A stretch of 64,000 nt of DNA. Source: Pseudomonadota bacterium. GTDB taxonomy: Archaea > Thermoplasmatota > SW-10-69-26 > JACQPN01 > JAJPHT01. The notes under the pieces were generated by a model. The model ran no database searches, was not told where the DNA came from, and saw only the letters and a list, made by a program, of their open reading frames with translations. Of this stretch, positions 1 through 8,653 are shown in pieces (positions within the stretch are counted from its first letter, which is position 1; each line of letters opens with the position of its first letter). Location of the stretch: NCBI GenBank assembly GCA_021325135.1, contig JAJPHT010000022.1, forward strand, positions 1-64,000, in the 5' to 3' direction. The position numbers and the translations under genes were made by a program.

Positions 1-1272
1 ACCATCGCCGAGGTCGGCCCCAGCAACTGGTACATCAACATCGGCGCCGCCAACGACGTCGGCATGCACGTGAACGACGTCCCGTGGCGGGTCGAGTTCG
101 GCGAGACCTCCAAGTACCTCGCCGTGGGCGACACCGTCCTTCTCAAGATCGTCCACGTGGACGAGATGAAGAAGGCGCAGGTCTCCATGAAGGACCGCCA
201 GTGCCGCAAGCTCACGGGCGGGCTCATCTTCGAGGTCGCGCCCACCAAGGTCCCCCGCATCGTCGGCCGCCAGGGCAGCATGATCACCATGCTGAAGGAC
301 GCGACCAACGTGCGCATCTTCGTCGGCCAGAACGGCAAGATCTGGATGGACGGCGAGCCGGAGGACGTCGCCCTCGCGCTGGAGGCCCTCAAGAAGATCG
401 AGGCCGAGGCGCACACGACGGGCCTCACCGACCGCATGAAGGCCTGGCTCGAGGAGCGCCGCCCCAGCGCGCAGCGCACCCACAAGCAGAGCAGCGACAT
501 GGAGGCCGAGGCCGAGGAGGACCGCGAGATCACGCGCGAGAGGCGCGAGGACCGCCGCGAGCGCCCCGAGCGCCGCCCCCGCAGCTTCGAGGAGCCCGAG
601 GCCGAGGAGCGCCCCCGCCGCCCGCGCTTCGAGGACGAAGGCGCGCCGCGCCGCGGCAGGGCCGAGTCCGAGAAGCACCGCTACCAGCGCGCGCAGGAGG
701 ACGACACCGCCGACGCCGACCTCGAGGAGCGCAAGGGGCGCGACGGCCGCTTCGGCGAGCGCGAGGAGCGCCGCCACGGCGGCCCGCGCCGCGACCGGCC
801 CGAGCGCCGCGAGGAGCGCCCCCGGCGCTTCGACGACGAGCGCCCCGCGCGCAAGCCCCGCTTCGAGGAGGCGGAGGAGCGCCCCGCCCGCCGCTTCGAG
901 GAGGAGCGCCCGGCCCGCAAGCCGCAGTTCGACGACGCGCCGCCGCGCCGCGCGCCCCGCGACGAGCGCCCGCGGCGCTTCGCCGAGGAGGAGCCCGCTC
1001 CGCGCCGCCGGTTCGACGACGAGGAGCCCCGCCGCCCCGCGCGGCCATCCCGCTTCGGAGACGAAGAGCAGGCCGAGCCGCGCCCCGCGCGCCGGCCTCG
1101 TTTCGATGACGACGAGGCCGAGGAGCCTCGCCGCCCCCCGCCCCGCCGCATCGCGGACGAGGACGCGGAGGACGACCGCCCCGCCAGGCGCGAGGGCGAC
1201 GGAGACAGCCGGCGCAGCCGCGGAGGACGCGGGCGCCGGGGTGGACGCGGCCGCAACGGCCGCCAGGAGTGA
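1..1272 (+). CDS. rrp4: Exosome RNA-binding subunit Rrp4 (5'-truncated) with long R/E/D-rich C-terminal extension
   Basis: Frame is open from base 1. S1 domain end plus KH domain (VPRIVGRQGSMI, GQNGKIW). Lies directly upstream of rrp41. Confidence 0.93.
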   Translation, partial: TIAEVGPSNWYINIGAANDVGMHVNDVPWRVEFGETSKYLAVGDTVLLKIVHVDEMKKAQVSMKDRQCRKLTGGLIFEVAPTKVPRIVGRQGSMITMLKDATNVRIFVGQNGKIWMDGEPEDVALALEALKKIEAEAHTTGLTDRMKAWLEERRPSAQRTHKQSSDMEAEAEEDREITRERREDRRERPERRPRSFEEPEAEERPRRPRFEDEGAPRRGRAESEKHRYQRAQEDDTADADLEERKGRDGRFGEREERRHGGPRRDRPERREERPRRFDDERPARKPRFEEAEERPARRFEEERPARKPQFDDAPPRRAPRDERPRRFAEEEPAPRRRFDDEEPRRPARPSRFGDEEQAEPRPARRPRFDDDEAEEPRRPPPRRIADEDAEDDRPARREGDGDSRRSRGGRGRRGGRGRNGRQE

Positions 1273-1277
1273 TTGTC

Positions 1278-2090
1278 ATGGGTGGAAAGAAGCCCGAAGG
1301 AATGGTTCTCATCAACGACCAGGGCCTCCGCATGGACGGACGGCGCCCGGACCAGCTGCGCAACATCAAGATCGAGGCCGGCGTGCTCAAGCAGGCCGAC
1401 GGATCGTGCTATCTCGAGTGGGGCGGCAACAAGGTGATGGCCGCGGTCTACGGGCCGCGCGAGTGCCACCCGCGCCACGACCAGGACCCGACCAAGGCGC
1501 GCGTCCGCGTGCGCTACAACATGGCCGCGTTCTCGGTCTCCGACCGCAAGCGCCCCGGCCCCGACCGGCGCAGCCAGGAGATCAGCAAGATCAGCAGCGA
1601 GGCGCTGGAGCACGTCGTGCTCACGAGCCTCTACCCCAAGAACGCCATCGACGTGTTCATCGAGATCATCGAGGCCGAGGCGGGCACGCGCTGCGCGGGC
1701 CTCACCGCGGCCGCCGTCGCGTGCGCCGACGCCGGCATCCCCATGCGCGGCATGGTCACCGCCGTCGCGGCGGGCAAGGTGGACGGCAAGGTCTGCCTCG
1801 ACCTCAGCCGCGAGGAGGACAACTACGGCGAGACGGACTTCCCCATCGCCATCGTCCCCAAGACGGGCGAGATCGTGCTCCTCCAGCAGGACGGGCACTT
1901 CAGCCCCGACGAGCTCGACCAGGCCCTGGAGATGGCGACCGACGCCGCGATGCGCGTCTACGAGATGCAGAAGGCCGCCCTCCTCGCCCGATATCAGGCG
2001 CAGGCCCAGGCCGAGGACGAGCCCGCCGAGGCCGAGGCCGCCCCCGCGGGCGATCACGACCACGACCACGAGGACCCGGAGGTGGCCTGA
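1278..2090 (+). CDS. rrp41: Exosome catalytic subunit Rrp41 (RNase PH family)
   Basis: RMDGRRPDQLR, ADGSCYLEWGGNKV, AGTRCAG motifs; SD-like GGAGTGAT before ATG 1278. Confidence 0.96.
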   Translation: MGGKKPEGMVLINDQGLRMDGRRPDQLRNIKIEAGVLKQADGSCYLEWGGNKVMAAVYGPRECHPRHDQDPTKARVRVRYNMAAFSVSDRKRPGPDRRSQEISKISSEALEHVVLTSLYPKNAIDVFIEIIEAEAGTRCAGLTAAAVACADAGIPMRGMVTAVAAGKVDGKVCLDLSREEDNYGETDFPIAIVPKTGEIVLLQQDGHFSPDELDQALEMATDAAMRVYEMQKAALLARYQAQAQAEDEPAEAEAAPAGDHDHDHEDPEVA

Positions 2091-2890
2091 TGTCGGACGA
2101 CGTCATCGCCGAGATCAAGCGCGACTACCTCACGCAGCTCGCCCGCGACGGCAAGCGCCAGGACGGCCGCGCCTTCGACGAGTTCCGCCCCGTGAAGATC
2201 CAGACGCGCTGGATCCAGCAGGCGGAGGGCAGCGCGCGCGTCCACCTGGGCGACACGCAGGTCGTCGTCGGCATCAAGATGGCCATGGGCACGCCCTACC
2301 CCGACGCGCCCAACGACGGCACCATGACCACGAGCGCGGAGCTCGTGCCCCTCGCCAGCGCCGACTTCGAGGTCGGGCCGCCCTCGCAGGCGTCCATCGA
2401 GCTGGCCCGCGTCGTCGACCGCGGCATCCGCGAAAGCAAGTCCATCGACTTCGCCAAGCTGTGCATCAAGCCCGGCGAGAAGATCTGGATGAGCTACCTC
2501 GACATGCACGCCGTGGACTACGACGGCAACCTGTTCGACGCGTGCAGCCTGGGCTGCATCGCCGCGCTCATGACCGCCACCGTGCCCCACAGCAAGGTGC
2601 AGATCGAAGGCGTGCCCCCCATGCAGGACGCGCCCATGCCCGTGAAGGAGATCCCCATCATGGTCACGGCGCTCAAGCTGGGCGGCCAGATCCTCTTCGA
2701 CCCCACCGCGCTGGAGGAGAAGGTCGGCGGCCCGCGCCTGTCCGTCTCCTTCGACCGCGCCGGCAACATCCGCGCCATGCAGAAGGGCCTCGGCGGCTCG
2801 TTCACCAAGGACGAGGTCCGCCACATCGTGCGCCGCGGCCGCGAGCTGGCCGACGGCCTGCGCGAGCAGGTCATGAAGCAGGTCGGCTAA
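2090..2890 (+). CDS. rrp42: Exosome subunit Rrp42
   Basis: Starts MSDDVIAEIKRDY; RQDGRAFDEFR, AEGSARVHLGDT, ELARVVDRGIRES, DYDGNLFDA. TGATG overlap with rrp41. Confidence 0.96.
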   Translation: MSDDVIAEIKRDYLTQLARDGKRQDGRAFDEFRPVKIQTRWIQQAEGSARVHLGDTQVVVGIKMAMGTPYPDAPNDGTMTTSAELVPLASADFEVGPPSQASIELARVVDRGIRESKSIDFAKLCIKPGEKIWMSYLDMHAVDYDGNLFDACSLGCIAALMTATVPHSKVQIEGVPPMQDAPMPVKEIPIMVTALKLGGQILFDPTALEEKVGGPRLSVSFDRAGNIRAMQKGLGGSFTKDEVRHIVRRGRELADGLREQVMKQVG

Positions 2891-2921
2891 AGCGGGGGGT
2901 TTGGGGGGCGCAGCCCCCCAA
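2889..2921 (+). repeat. REP-like GC hairpin element, family A, copy 1
   Basis: AAAGCGGGGGGTTTGGGGGGCGCAGCCCCCCAA; related copies near 50593, 50664, 50731 and 59889. Confidence 0.7.
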
Positions 2922-3012
2922 CGTCTGTTCTTCGTGGTTTTTCCTTCCCCGCGCATAGGCGATGCCTTGAAACTCGCCCGTCGGATTGGAAGGGCTCCGA
3001 GGCTGACCCGCC

Positions 3013-4149
3013 ATGCACCTACGGACCCCCACCCTGCGCGCGATCCTCGCGCTGCTCGTGATCGCATTCCCCGCCGCCGCGTCGATGTCGCTGGCCGCTT
3101 CCCCCGCGGCCACCCTCGCCAGCGCGGGCGAGTTCACGGTCAATCCCGACGCCATGTGCAAGCTGCGCGAAAGCTGGGTCGACCACCTGCTCGCGACCTA
3201 CCCGCAGGGCACCTGGGCGCCGATGAAGATGGTGCTCTCGGACAGCGACCTCGCCCTCATGGGCCTCCCCCCGCGGGACGTCCTCCTCGCGCAGCGCTAC
3301 GCCGAGCCCACGGCCCTCTTCCCCGACGGCAGCACGCAGACGGTGAGCGTCTCCGCGCTGGCGGCCTACGCAGGGACAGGCTGCATCGGCATCCGCCCCG
3401 GCGCGTGGCTCCTCCTGCTGTCGCGCGACGAGATCGCCCTCTGCAGCATGGCGCACGTCTACGGCTCTCCGGGAAGCTACGAGATCAGCACGGCCGGCCA
3501 CTGCGGCAAGACGGGCGACGTCGCCACGGTCATCGCCGCCGTGGGCAACTTCGACCGCCCCTTCTTCGGCCTGCCCGCCGTCTCCGTGCCCATCCTCCTG
3601 GACTTCGGCACGTTCGTCAAGAGCACGGGCGACGCCGGCATCGGCAAGGACTGGGCGCTCATCGGCATCAACGCGCCCGACCAGCCCCTCGTCTCGCCCA
3701 CCATGTGCTTCTGGGGCGGCCCCATCGGCATGTACCGCGACACCGGCGCCACCGTGGCCGCGACGCTCCTGGACCGCAACCTCGTCAGCGGACCCACGCT
3801 GAGCGCCGACCCGTTCCTCGTCCAGGGCATCGTCCACTACGGCCACGGCGCCGGCATCGGCACCGACGGCACGCCGCGCGCCGGCACCGCGTTCTACTGG
3901 ACGTCGACCACGATGATCTGGGAAGGCGCCATCACGCCGGGCGACTCCGGCTCGGCGTCCAACACCCTCACCGGCGACTCCATCGGCGCGGACCGCCAGG
4001 CCGCGGGCATCAACACGCACATCTTCGTGGACCCCTCGCTCAAGACAGGGATCGGCTACCTCGCCAGCACCCGCGCCACGCTGGTCACCGCGACCCTCGC
4101 CAACGGGCAGCTCGTGCCGTACCCTGCGCCCGTGCCGGGGGCGCCGTGA
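3013..4149 (+). CDS. Secreted chymotrypsin-like (S1) serine protease
   Basis: Signal peptide; catalytic triad motifs TAGHC, DWALI and GDSGS. Confidence 0.85.
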   Translation: MHLRTPTLRAILALLVIAFPAAASMSLAASPAATLASAGEFTVNPDAMCKLRESWVDHLLATYPQGTWAPMKMVLSDSDLALMGLPPRDVLLAQRYAEPTALFPDGSTQTVSVSALAAYAGTGCIGIRPGAWLLLLSRDEIALCSMAHVYGSPGSYEISTAGHCGKTGDVATVIAAVGNFDRPFFGLPAVSVPILLDFGTFVKSTGDAGIGKDWALIGINAPDQPLVSPTMCFWGGPIGMYRDTGATVAATLLDRNLVSGPTLSADPFLVQGIVHYGHGAGIGTDGTPRAGTAFYWTSTTMIWEGAITPGDSGSASNTLTGDSIGADRQAAGINTHIFVDPSLKTGIGYLASTRATLVTATLANGQLVPYPAPVPGAP

Positions 4150-4249
4150 GGTGCCGCCACACGCCCCAAATCGTTAAGTAGGGAAGCCGTCTTGCCAACG
4201 CCTGTTCCAGGACTCCCAGCGGGTCCTGTCCTCGTTGGAGGAACCGTCC

Positions 4250-4546
4250 ATGTCGCTCCGCACCAAGAAGGTCAAGTCCGTCGGTCGCTTCGGCCCCCGC
4301 TACGGCGTCAGCATCCGCCGCCGCATCCGCGAGGTCGAGGCCCGCCAGAAGGCCTGGCACTCCTGCCCCGCCTGCGCGGCGCCCCGCGTCAAGCGCACCG
4401 ACACCGGCGTCTGGGAGTGCCGCAAGTGCGGCCACAAGTTCGCCGGCGGCGCGTACCTGCCGCACACGCCCGCGTTCAACGCCAACGAGCGCATCCTCCG
4501 CGAGCTCTCCGAGGGCAAGGTCCCCACCGCGCCCGCCGAGGAGTGA
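4250..4546 (+). CDS. rpl37ae: 50S ribosomal protein L37Ae (eL43)
   Basis: RTKKVKSVGRFGPRYG, CPAC...WECRKC, GGAY; SD GGAGG. Confidence 0.97.
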   Translation: MSLRTKKVKSVGRFGPRYGVSIRRRIREVEARQKAWHSCPACAAPRVKRTDTGVWECRKCGHKFAGGAYLPHTPAFNANERILRELSEGKVPTAPAEE

Positions 4547-4689
4547 AGACCGTGGACTACCGCTGCGGCAAGTGCAAGCGCAACGTGGAGTTCGACACGA
4601 ACAACATCGGCATGCGCTGCCCCTACTGCGGCTCCAAGGTCTTCTACAAGGAGCGCCCCACCATCGCCAAGCGGGTCCACTCCCGCTGA
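4543..4689 (+). CDS. rpoP: RNA polymerase subunit P (Rpo12)
   Basis: YRCGKC...RCPYCGSKVFYKERP zinc ribbon; conserved position after rpl37ae. Start may instead be GTG 4552. Confidence 0.93.
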   Translation: MKTVDYRCGKCKRNVEFDTNNIGMRCPYCGSKVFYKERPTIAKRVHSR

Positions 4690-4709
4690 TATCAAACCGT
4701 GGTGAGCCC

Positions 4710-5006
4710 CTGCGCCACCACGCCGACCTCTTTTTCGAGCTTCCCGACCCCACAGCGGACGCCATCGCTCGCGCCCTCTCCCCCGAAGCCCACTCCGCCG
4801 CGCTGGACGAACCTGCGGGCCCGTCCGCGCCGCGCAGCAGAGCCGCGTCGGAGGTCCCCAAGACGCGCGCCGCCATCGCCCGCGAGCCCCACGGCATCCG
4901 CGTCCGCCTCGACGCCGACGACCTTGCCTCCCTGCGCGCCGCCGTCAACTCCTACCTCCGCTGGATCGACGCCGCCCAGAAGGCCGCCCGCCTGGGAACG
5001 GCGTAG
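4710..5006 (+). CDS. pcc1: KEOPS complex subunit Pcc1 (probable CTG start)
   Basis: IARALSPE...ADDLASLRAAVNSYLRWI signature; conserved position after rpoP. Confidence 0.88.
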   Translation: MRHHADLFFELPDPTADAIARALSPEAHSAALDEPAGPSAPRSRAASEVPKTRAAIAREPHGIRVRLDADDLASLRAAVNSYLRWIDAAQKAARLGTA

Positions 5007-5008
5007 GC

Positions 5009-5323
5009 TTACACCGCGCGGCCCGCGGCCCGCAACGCCGCGATGGCCTCTGCTTCGGCGACGCCGTGGTCGGTCAACTCGTGCTCCACGCCGAAGCGCG
5101 TCACCACCGGCCGCACCAGACCCAGCCCCACCAACGAGCGCTCGCTCGCGTAGTCCGGAAGCTCGCCCTGCAACGCCGCGAAGACGCGGCCCCGACGCAG
5201 CCCCGTCTCCCTTGCCACGTCGGGAGGCGCCAGCCGCCCGCGGGCCAAGTACGCAAGGAGGCACGCCTCGCGGTTTCTGCTGTGGCGAAGGCTCGTCCGG
5301 GTGGCGTCGCGCAGAGGGAGCAT
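5009..5323 (-). CDS. EarA/DUF1495-like winged-helix regulator, paralog 1
   Basis: SLRHSRNR...LQGELPDYASERSLVGLGLV...ELTDHG matches the EarA-family pattern SLxxSxxR...G...Y..E.SLVxLGLV...LT..G. Confidence 0.7.
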   Translation of the reverse strand: MLPLRDATRTSLRHSRNREACLLAYLARGRLAPPDVARETGLRRGRVFAALQGELPDYASERSLVGLGLVRPVVTRFGVEHELTDHGVAEAEAIAALRAAGRAV

Positions 5324-5393
5324 GGCCAATCGTAACGCGCTTCATGACGAGAGGATTGTCCGGGAATCACGACACGGAGGGGGCCGAAAGTGG

Positions 5394-5523
5394 GCCGCCT
5401 GGGGCCGGGCGTGCACGGGTGGGCACGGGTGTGCACGGGCGCGACCGGCCGGAGCCAGGCTGGTGCGGGTGTGTCCGCCCGTGCCCACCTGGCCACGCCC
5501 GTGCACGCCCGGCCCCAGGCGGC
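5394..5523. repeat. 130-bp palindrome with 26-bp perfect outer arms, built from 10-bp phased GTGCACGGGY-like units
   Basis: 5394-5419 is the exact reverse complement of 5498-5523. Confidence 0.85.
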
Positions 5524-5593
5524 TCCGCCCGTGCCCGCGTGCGTCCGCCCGCCCCCCGCAACGTTCTTCCCCCTCCCCATCTTCGCCCCCTTC

Positions 5594-5944
5594 ATGGCCG
5601 GCCAGCTCCCTCCGCAGATCCAGAACCAGCTTGCGCAGCTGCAGGAGCTTCAGCAGCAGGCGCAGGTGGTCGTCTCCCAGAGGCAGCAGGTGGAGCTGCA
5701 GGTGCGGGAGATCGAGCGCACGCTGGAGGAGCTGGCGAAGGTGCCGCAGGAGGCTCCGTTGTATCGCAGCGTGGGGAGCATCCTGGTCCGCGTGCAGGAT
5801 CGCGAGGGGCTCGTGGCGGAGCTGACGGACCAGAAGGAGACGCTGACGGTGCGTCTGGAGTCGGCGAAGCGGCAGGAGACGCGGTTGCGGGAGCGCGTGA
5901 CGGCGTTGCAGACGGAGCTTCAGGCCGCGTTGGGCGGCCGTTGA
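5594..5944 (+). CDS. pfdB: Prefoldin subunit beta
   Basis: LPPQIQNQLAQLQELQQQ...LYRSVGSILV; coiled coils; superoperon position. Confidence 0.95.
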   Translation: MAGQLPPQIQNQLAQLQELQQQAQVVVSQRQQVELQVREIERTLEELAKVPQEAPLYRSVGSILVRVQDREGLVAELTDQKETLTVRLESAKRQETRLRERVTALQTELQAALGGR

Positions 5945-6120
5945 GCGGCGCAGTGGGCTGCTCGCCTGTCTGCTGGCCATCGTCCATCGTCGTGCTTGGC
6001 ATCGTCCTTTCAGCGCGTCACCGGAAGGGCTTTCACGGCTTGTCGGGACGGGGGTGCGTTGCCCCCGGTTTTCCCCTGGAAAATCGCGCGCCGCAGCCGC
6101 GTGGCGCGCGATTCCGAGGC

Positions 6121-6130
6121 CTTTTATAGG
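6121..6130 (+). promoter_or_regulatory. TATA box of the surface-protein operon
   Basis: CTTTTATAGG about 60 bp upstream of ATG 6188 in a GC-rich background. Confidence 0.6.
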
Positions 6131-6187
6131 GCCACCCGAATCCCCGCGGGAATCCGCCGGCCGTTGCCGCCGGGAGAGTGCCTCCGA

Positions 6188-8653
6188 ATGCCCAACGGCC
6201 GCTCCGCTTGGATCACGCTGCTGGCGATTCTTCTCCTGGTTCCCCTGTGGCCTTCGGCCTCGGCGGCGGCCCCTGCGCTCTCGGGGTCGGTGCAGGCGAC
6301 GGGCGGGCAGGTCGTGACCGACCTGGGTCTGGATCCTTCGGGCCAGTTCGCGGCGGCGGTGGTGAGCTCGGGCGCGGCGTCGGGGCTTCCCGGCTGCCAG
6401 CTGGGCCTTCCTTGCGGCGGCGGGCTGGGCTCGTCGCACCAGGACGTGTTCGCGTGCGACTTCGGCGTCTCGGGGCAGGGCTGCCGCGGCGCGCCCCACA
6501 CCAAGCCGGCGACGACGTCGACCAACGCGCAGCAGGCGGTGGACGTGGTGTCGTTCACGCCGCTGGGCGCGCAGGACCTCGTGGAGTATTTCGGCGTGGC
6601 GGGGCCGGGCGACGTGGTGAGCCTCTGGTCGGCGTCCCAGGCGACGCCCCTCTTCGAGTTCGCGTTGGGCTCGGGCGGCGGCGTCTCGACGGCGCCCCTG
6701 GCGACCAACGTCTCGGTGAAGCCCGACGGCACGCGCGTGCTCTTCGGCACCCTCACCACGGGAGGCTCCGGCGGCGCGCTGCGCTACTACGCGCCCGACG
6801 CCAGCGGCGCCAACTGGGGCGAGAAGTGGTCCCTGGACCTCACCGACAGCCAGGGCGCGCCGACGCACGCGACGGACGTCGCGTGGGCGCGCGGGGGCGC
6901 GCTCGTCGTGCTGGGCACGCCCTCGGGCATCGAGACGTTCGTGCCTGGCGACCTGCGCCCCACGAGCGACGCGATGCACCTCTTCGACACCAGCAGCGCG
7001 GTGAACCGGGTCGCGGTGTCCGCGACCGGCGCCTCCGTCGCGGCCGCGACCAACGGCTACACCTTCTTCGCGCCCGTGGACCCCGCCACCAACAAGGTGG
7101 TCGTCCCGGCGTACAGCTTCAACAACCAGGGCAACGTGCAGGCCCTGGCCATGACGCAGGACGGCGAGCGCTTCGCGTCCGCCTCGGGCTCGCGCATCTA
7201 CTTCTTCCACGCCTCGCACGACTCGCACATCGCCATCCCGGATGGCAGCTACGACGCCGGCGCGCCCGTCACCGACCTCTCCTACGACGGCACGGGCCGC
7301 CTCCTGGTCGCGGCGGCGGGCGGCAACGTGCTGGGCTTCTCGCCGGGCGTCGCGGCCCCCGTGTGGACGCTGGACGCGGTGGCGGCGGGCCTCGACGCGC
7401 CCCTCGTGCGCGCGCGCGTCTCGGACGGCTGGTACGACGGCTCGTACCACGCGCAGGCGGACGCCGTGCGCGTCGCCGTGGCCGGGCAGACGAAGATCGC
7501 GGCCTTCGACGTGCTCTCGCGCGTGAACGCCACGCTCACCGCGCCGCAGGGCGCCTCCCTGGTGCCCGGCGTCGCCACGCCCCTCTCGCTCACGCTCACC
7601 AACGCGGGCAGCCTCACGGACAACTTCACCTTCGTCGTCAACCCGCCCTCGGGCAACGGCACCGCGTGGGGCGTCCAGAGCGCGGGCATGCTGCGCCTCG
7701 ACCCGGGCGCCACCGGGTACGCCAACCTCACCGTCACGCCCCCCGCCGGCCAGGCGCCGGGCACCTACGCCGTCACCGTGGAGGTCCACGCCGAGGGGCA
7801 CCACGGCCGGCCCGCGTGCGGCGTGTCGCCCGACGCCATCGCGTGCCCCACGGCGAACCTGACGCTGGCGCGCAGTGTCGTCCTGTCGGTGAGCGGCCCC
7901 GACGACAGGCGCCTGCTCAAGCAGGGCGCCGAGGACACCATTCCGATCACGGTGACCAACCTCGGGAACGCCGAGGGCGTCGTCAACCTGAGCGCCACGC
8001 AGACGCTGACGCGCGGCAGCAATTGGGCGCTGCGCTTCGCTCCCGGCCCCCAGGTTCGAGTGCCCTCGGGCGGAAGCGTCAGCCTCAACGTGACGCTGGA
8101 CGTGCCCAACGACGCGGTGAGCGGCGACAAGAACGTCGTCGCGGTCATCGCCAAGGAGGGCGAGTCCGTCACGGCGTCCAAGACGTTCGTCGCCTACGTG
8201 GACGCGCAGTTCGGCTCCGAGCTCAACGCCACCAACAGCAGCCTGGAGCTGGCGCCCGGCGAGCAGAGGAGCGTCACGCTCAACGTGCGCAACACCGGCA
8301 ACACCGAGGACGTCTACAACGTGACCTCCACCCTCTCGCCCGCGGGCGCGGAGAACGACTGGCGCGTCACCATCTCGGTGCCCCAGGTGAGCGTCCCCAT
8401 CGGCCAGGTCCGGCCCGTCACCATCACCCTCAAGCCCCTCGTGGCCGAGCCCCGCGACGCCACCGTCACGCTCACCGCCACCTCGCAGGGGGATCCCGCC
8501 AACGGGCAGTCCAGCTTCGTCATCGCGCTCGCGGCCAAGCCCGTCGTCACGACGCCCCCCGCGAAGCGCGGCATCCCCGGCCCCGAGCCCGCGCTGGCGC
8601 TGGGCTTCGTGGCGCTGGCCGCCCTCGCGCGCCGCCTGGGGGCCCGGCGATGA
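6188..8653 (+). CDS. Secreted surface protein: beta-propeller + Ig-like (NEW3/COG1470-like) repeats + PGF-CTERM-like tail (821 aa)
   Basis: Signal peptide; blade-like repeats (VSVKPDGTRV, AMTQDGERF, LSYDGTGRLL); NxGNxxD Ig repeats; IPGPE-TM-RR tail. Confidence 0.8.
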   Translation: MPNGRSAWITLLAILLLVPLWPSASAAAPALSGSVQATGGQVVTDLGLDPSGQFAAAVVSSGAASGLPGCQLGLPCGGGLGSSHQDVFACDFGVSGQGCRGAPHTKPATTSTNAQQAVDVVSFTPLGAQDLVEYFGVAGPGDVVSLWSASQATPLFEFALGSGGGVSTAPLATNVSVKPDGTRVLFGTLTTGGSGGALRYYAPDASGANWGEKWSLDLTDSQGAPTHATDVAWARGGALVVLGTPSGIETFVPGDLRPTSDAMHLFDTSSAVNRVAVSATGASVAAATNGYTFFAPVDPATNKVVVPAYSFNNQGNVQALAMTQDGERFASASGSRIYFFHASHDSHIAIPDGSYDAGAPVTDLSYDGTGRLLVAAAGGNVLGFSPGVAAPVWTLDAVAAGLDAPLVRARVSDGWYDGSYHAQADAVRVAVAGQTKIAAFDVLSRVNATLTAPQGASLVPGVATPLSLTLTNAGSLTDNFTFVVNPPSGNGTAWGVQSAGMLRLDPGATGYANLTVTPPAGQAPGTYAVTVEVHAEGHHGRPACGVSPDAIACPTANLTLARSVVLSVSGPDDRRLLKQGAEDTIPITVTNLGNAEGVVNLSATQTLTRGSNWALRFAPGPQVRVPSGGSVSLNVTLDVPNDAVSGDKNVVAVIAKEGESVTASKTFVAYVDAQFGSELNATNSSLELAPGEQRSVTLNVRNTGNTEDVYNVTSTLSPAGAENDWRVTISVPQVSVPIGQVRPVTITLKPLVAEPRDATVTLTATSQGDPANGQSSFVIALAAKPVVTTPPAKRGIPGPEPALALGFVALAALARRLGARR

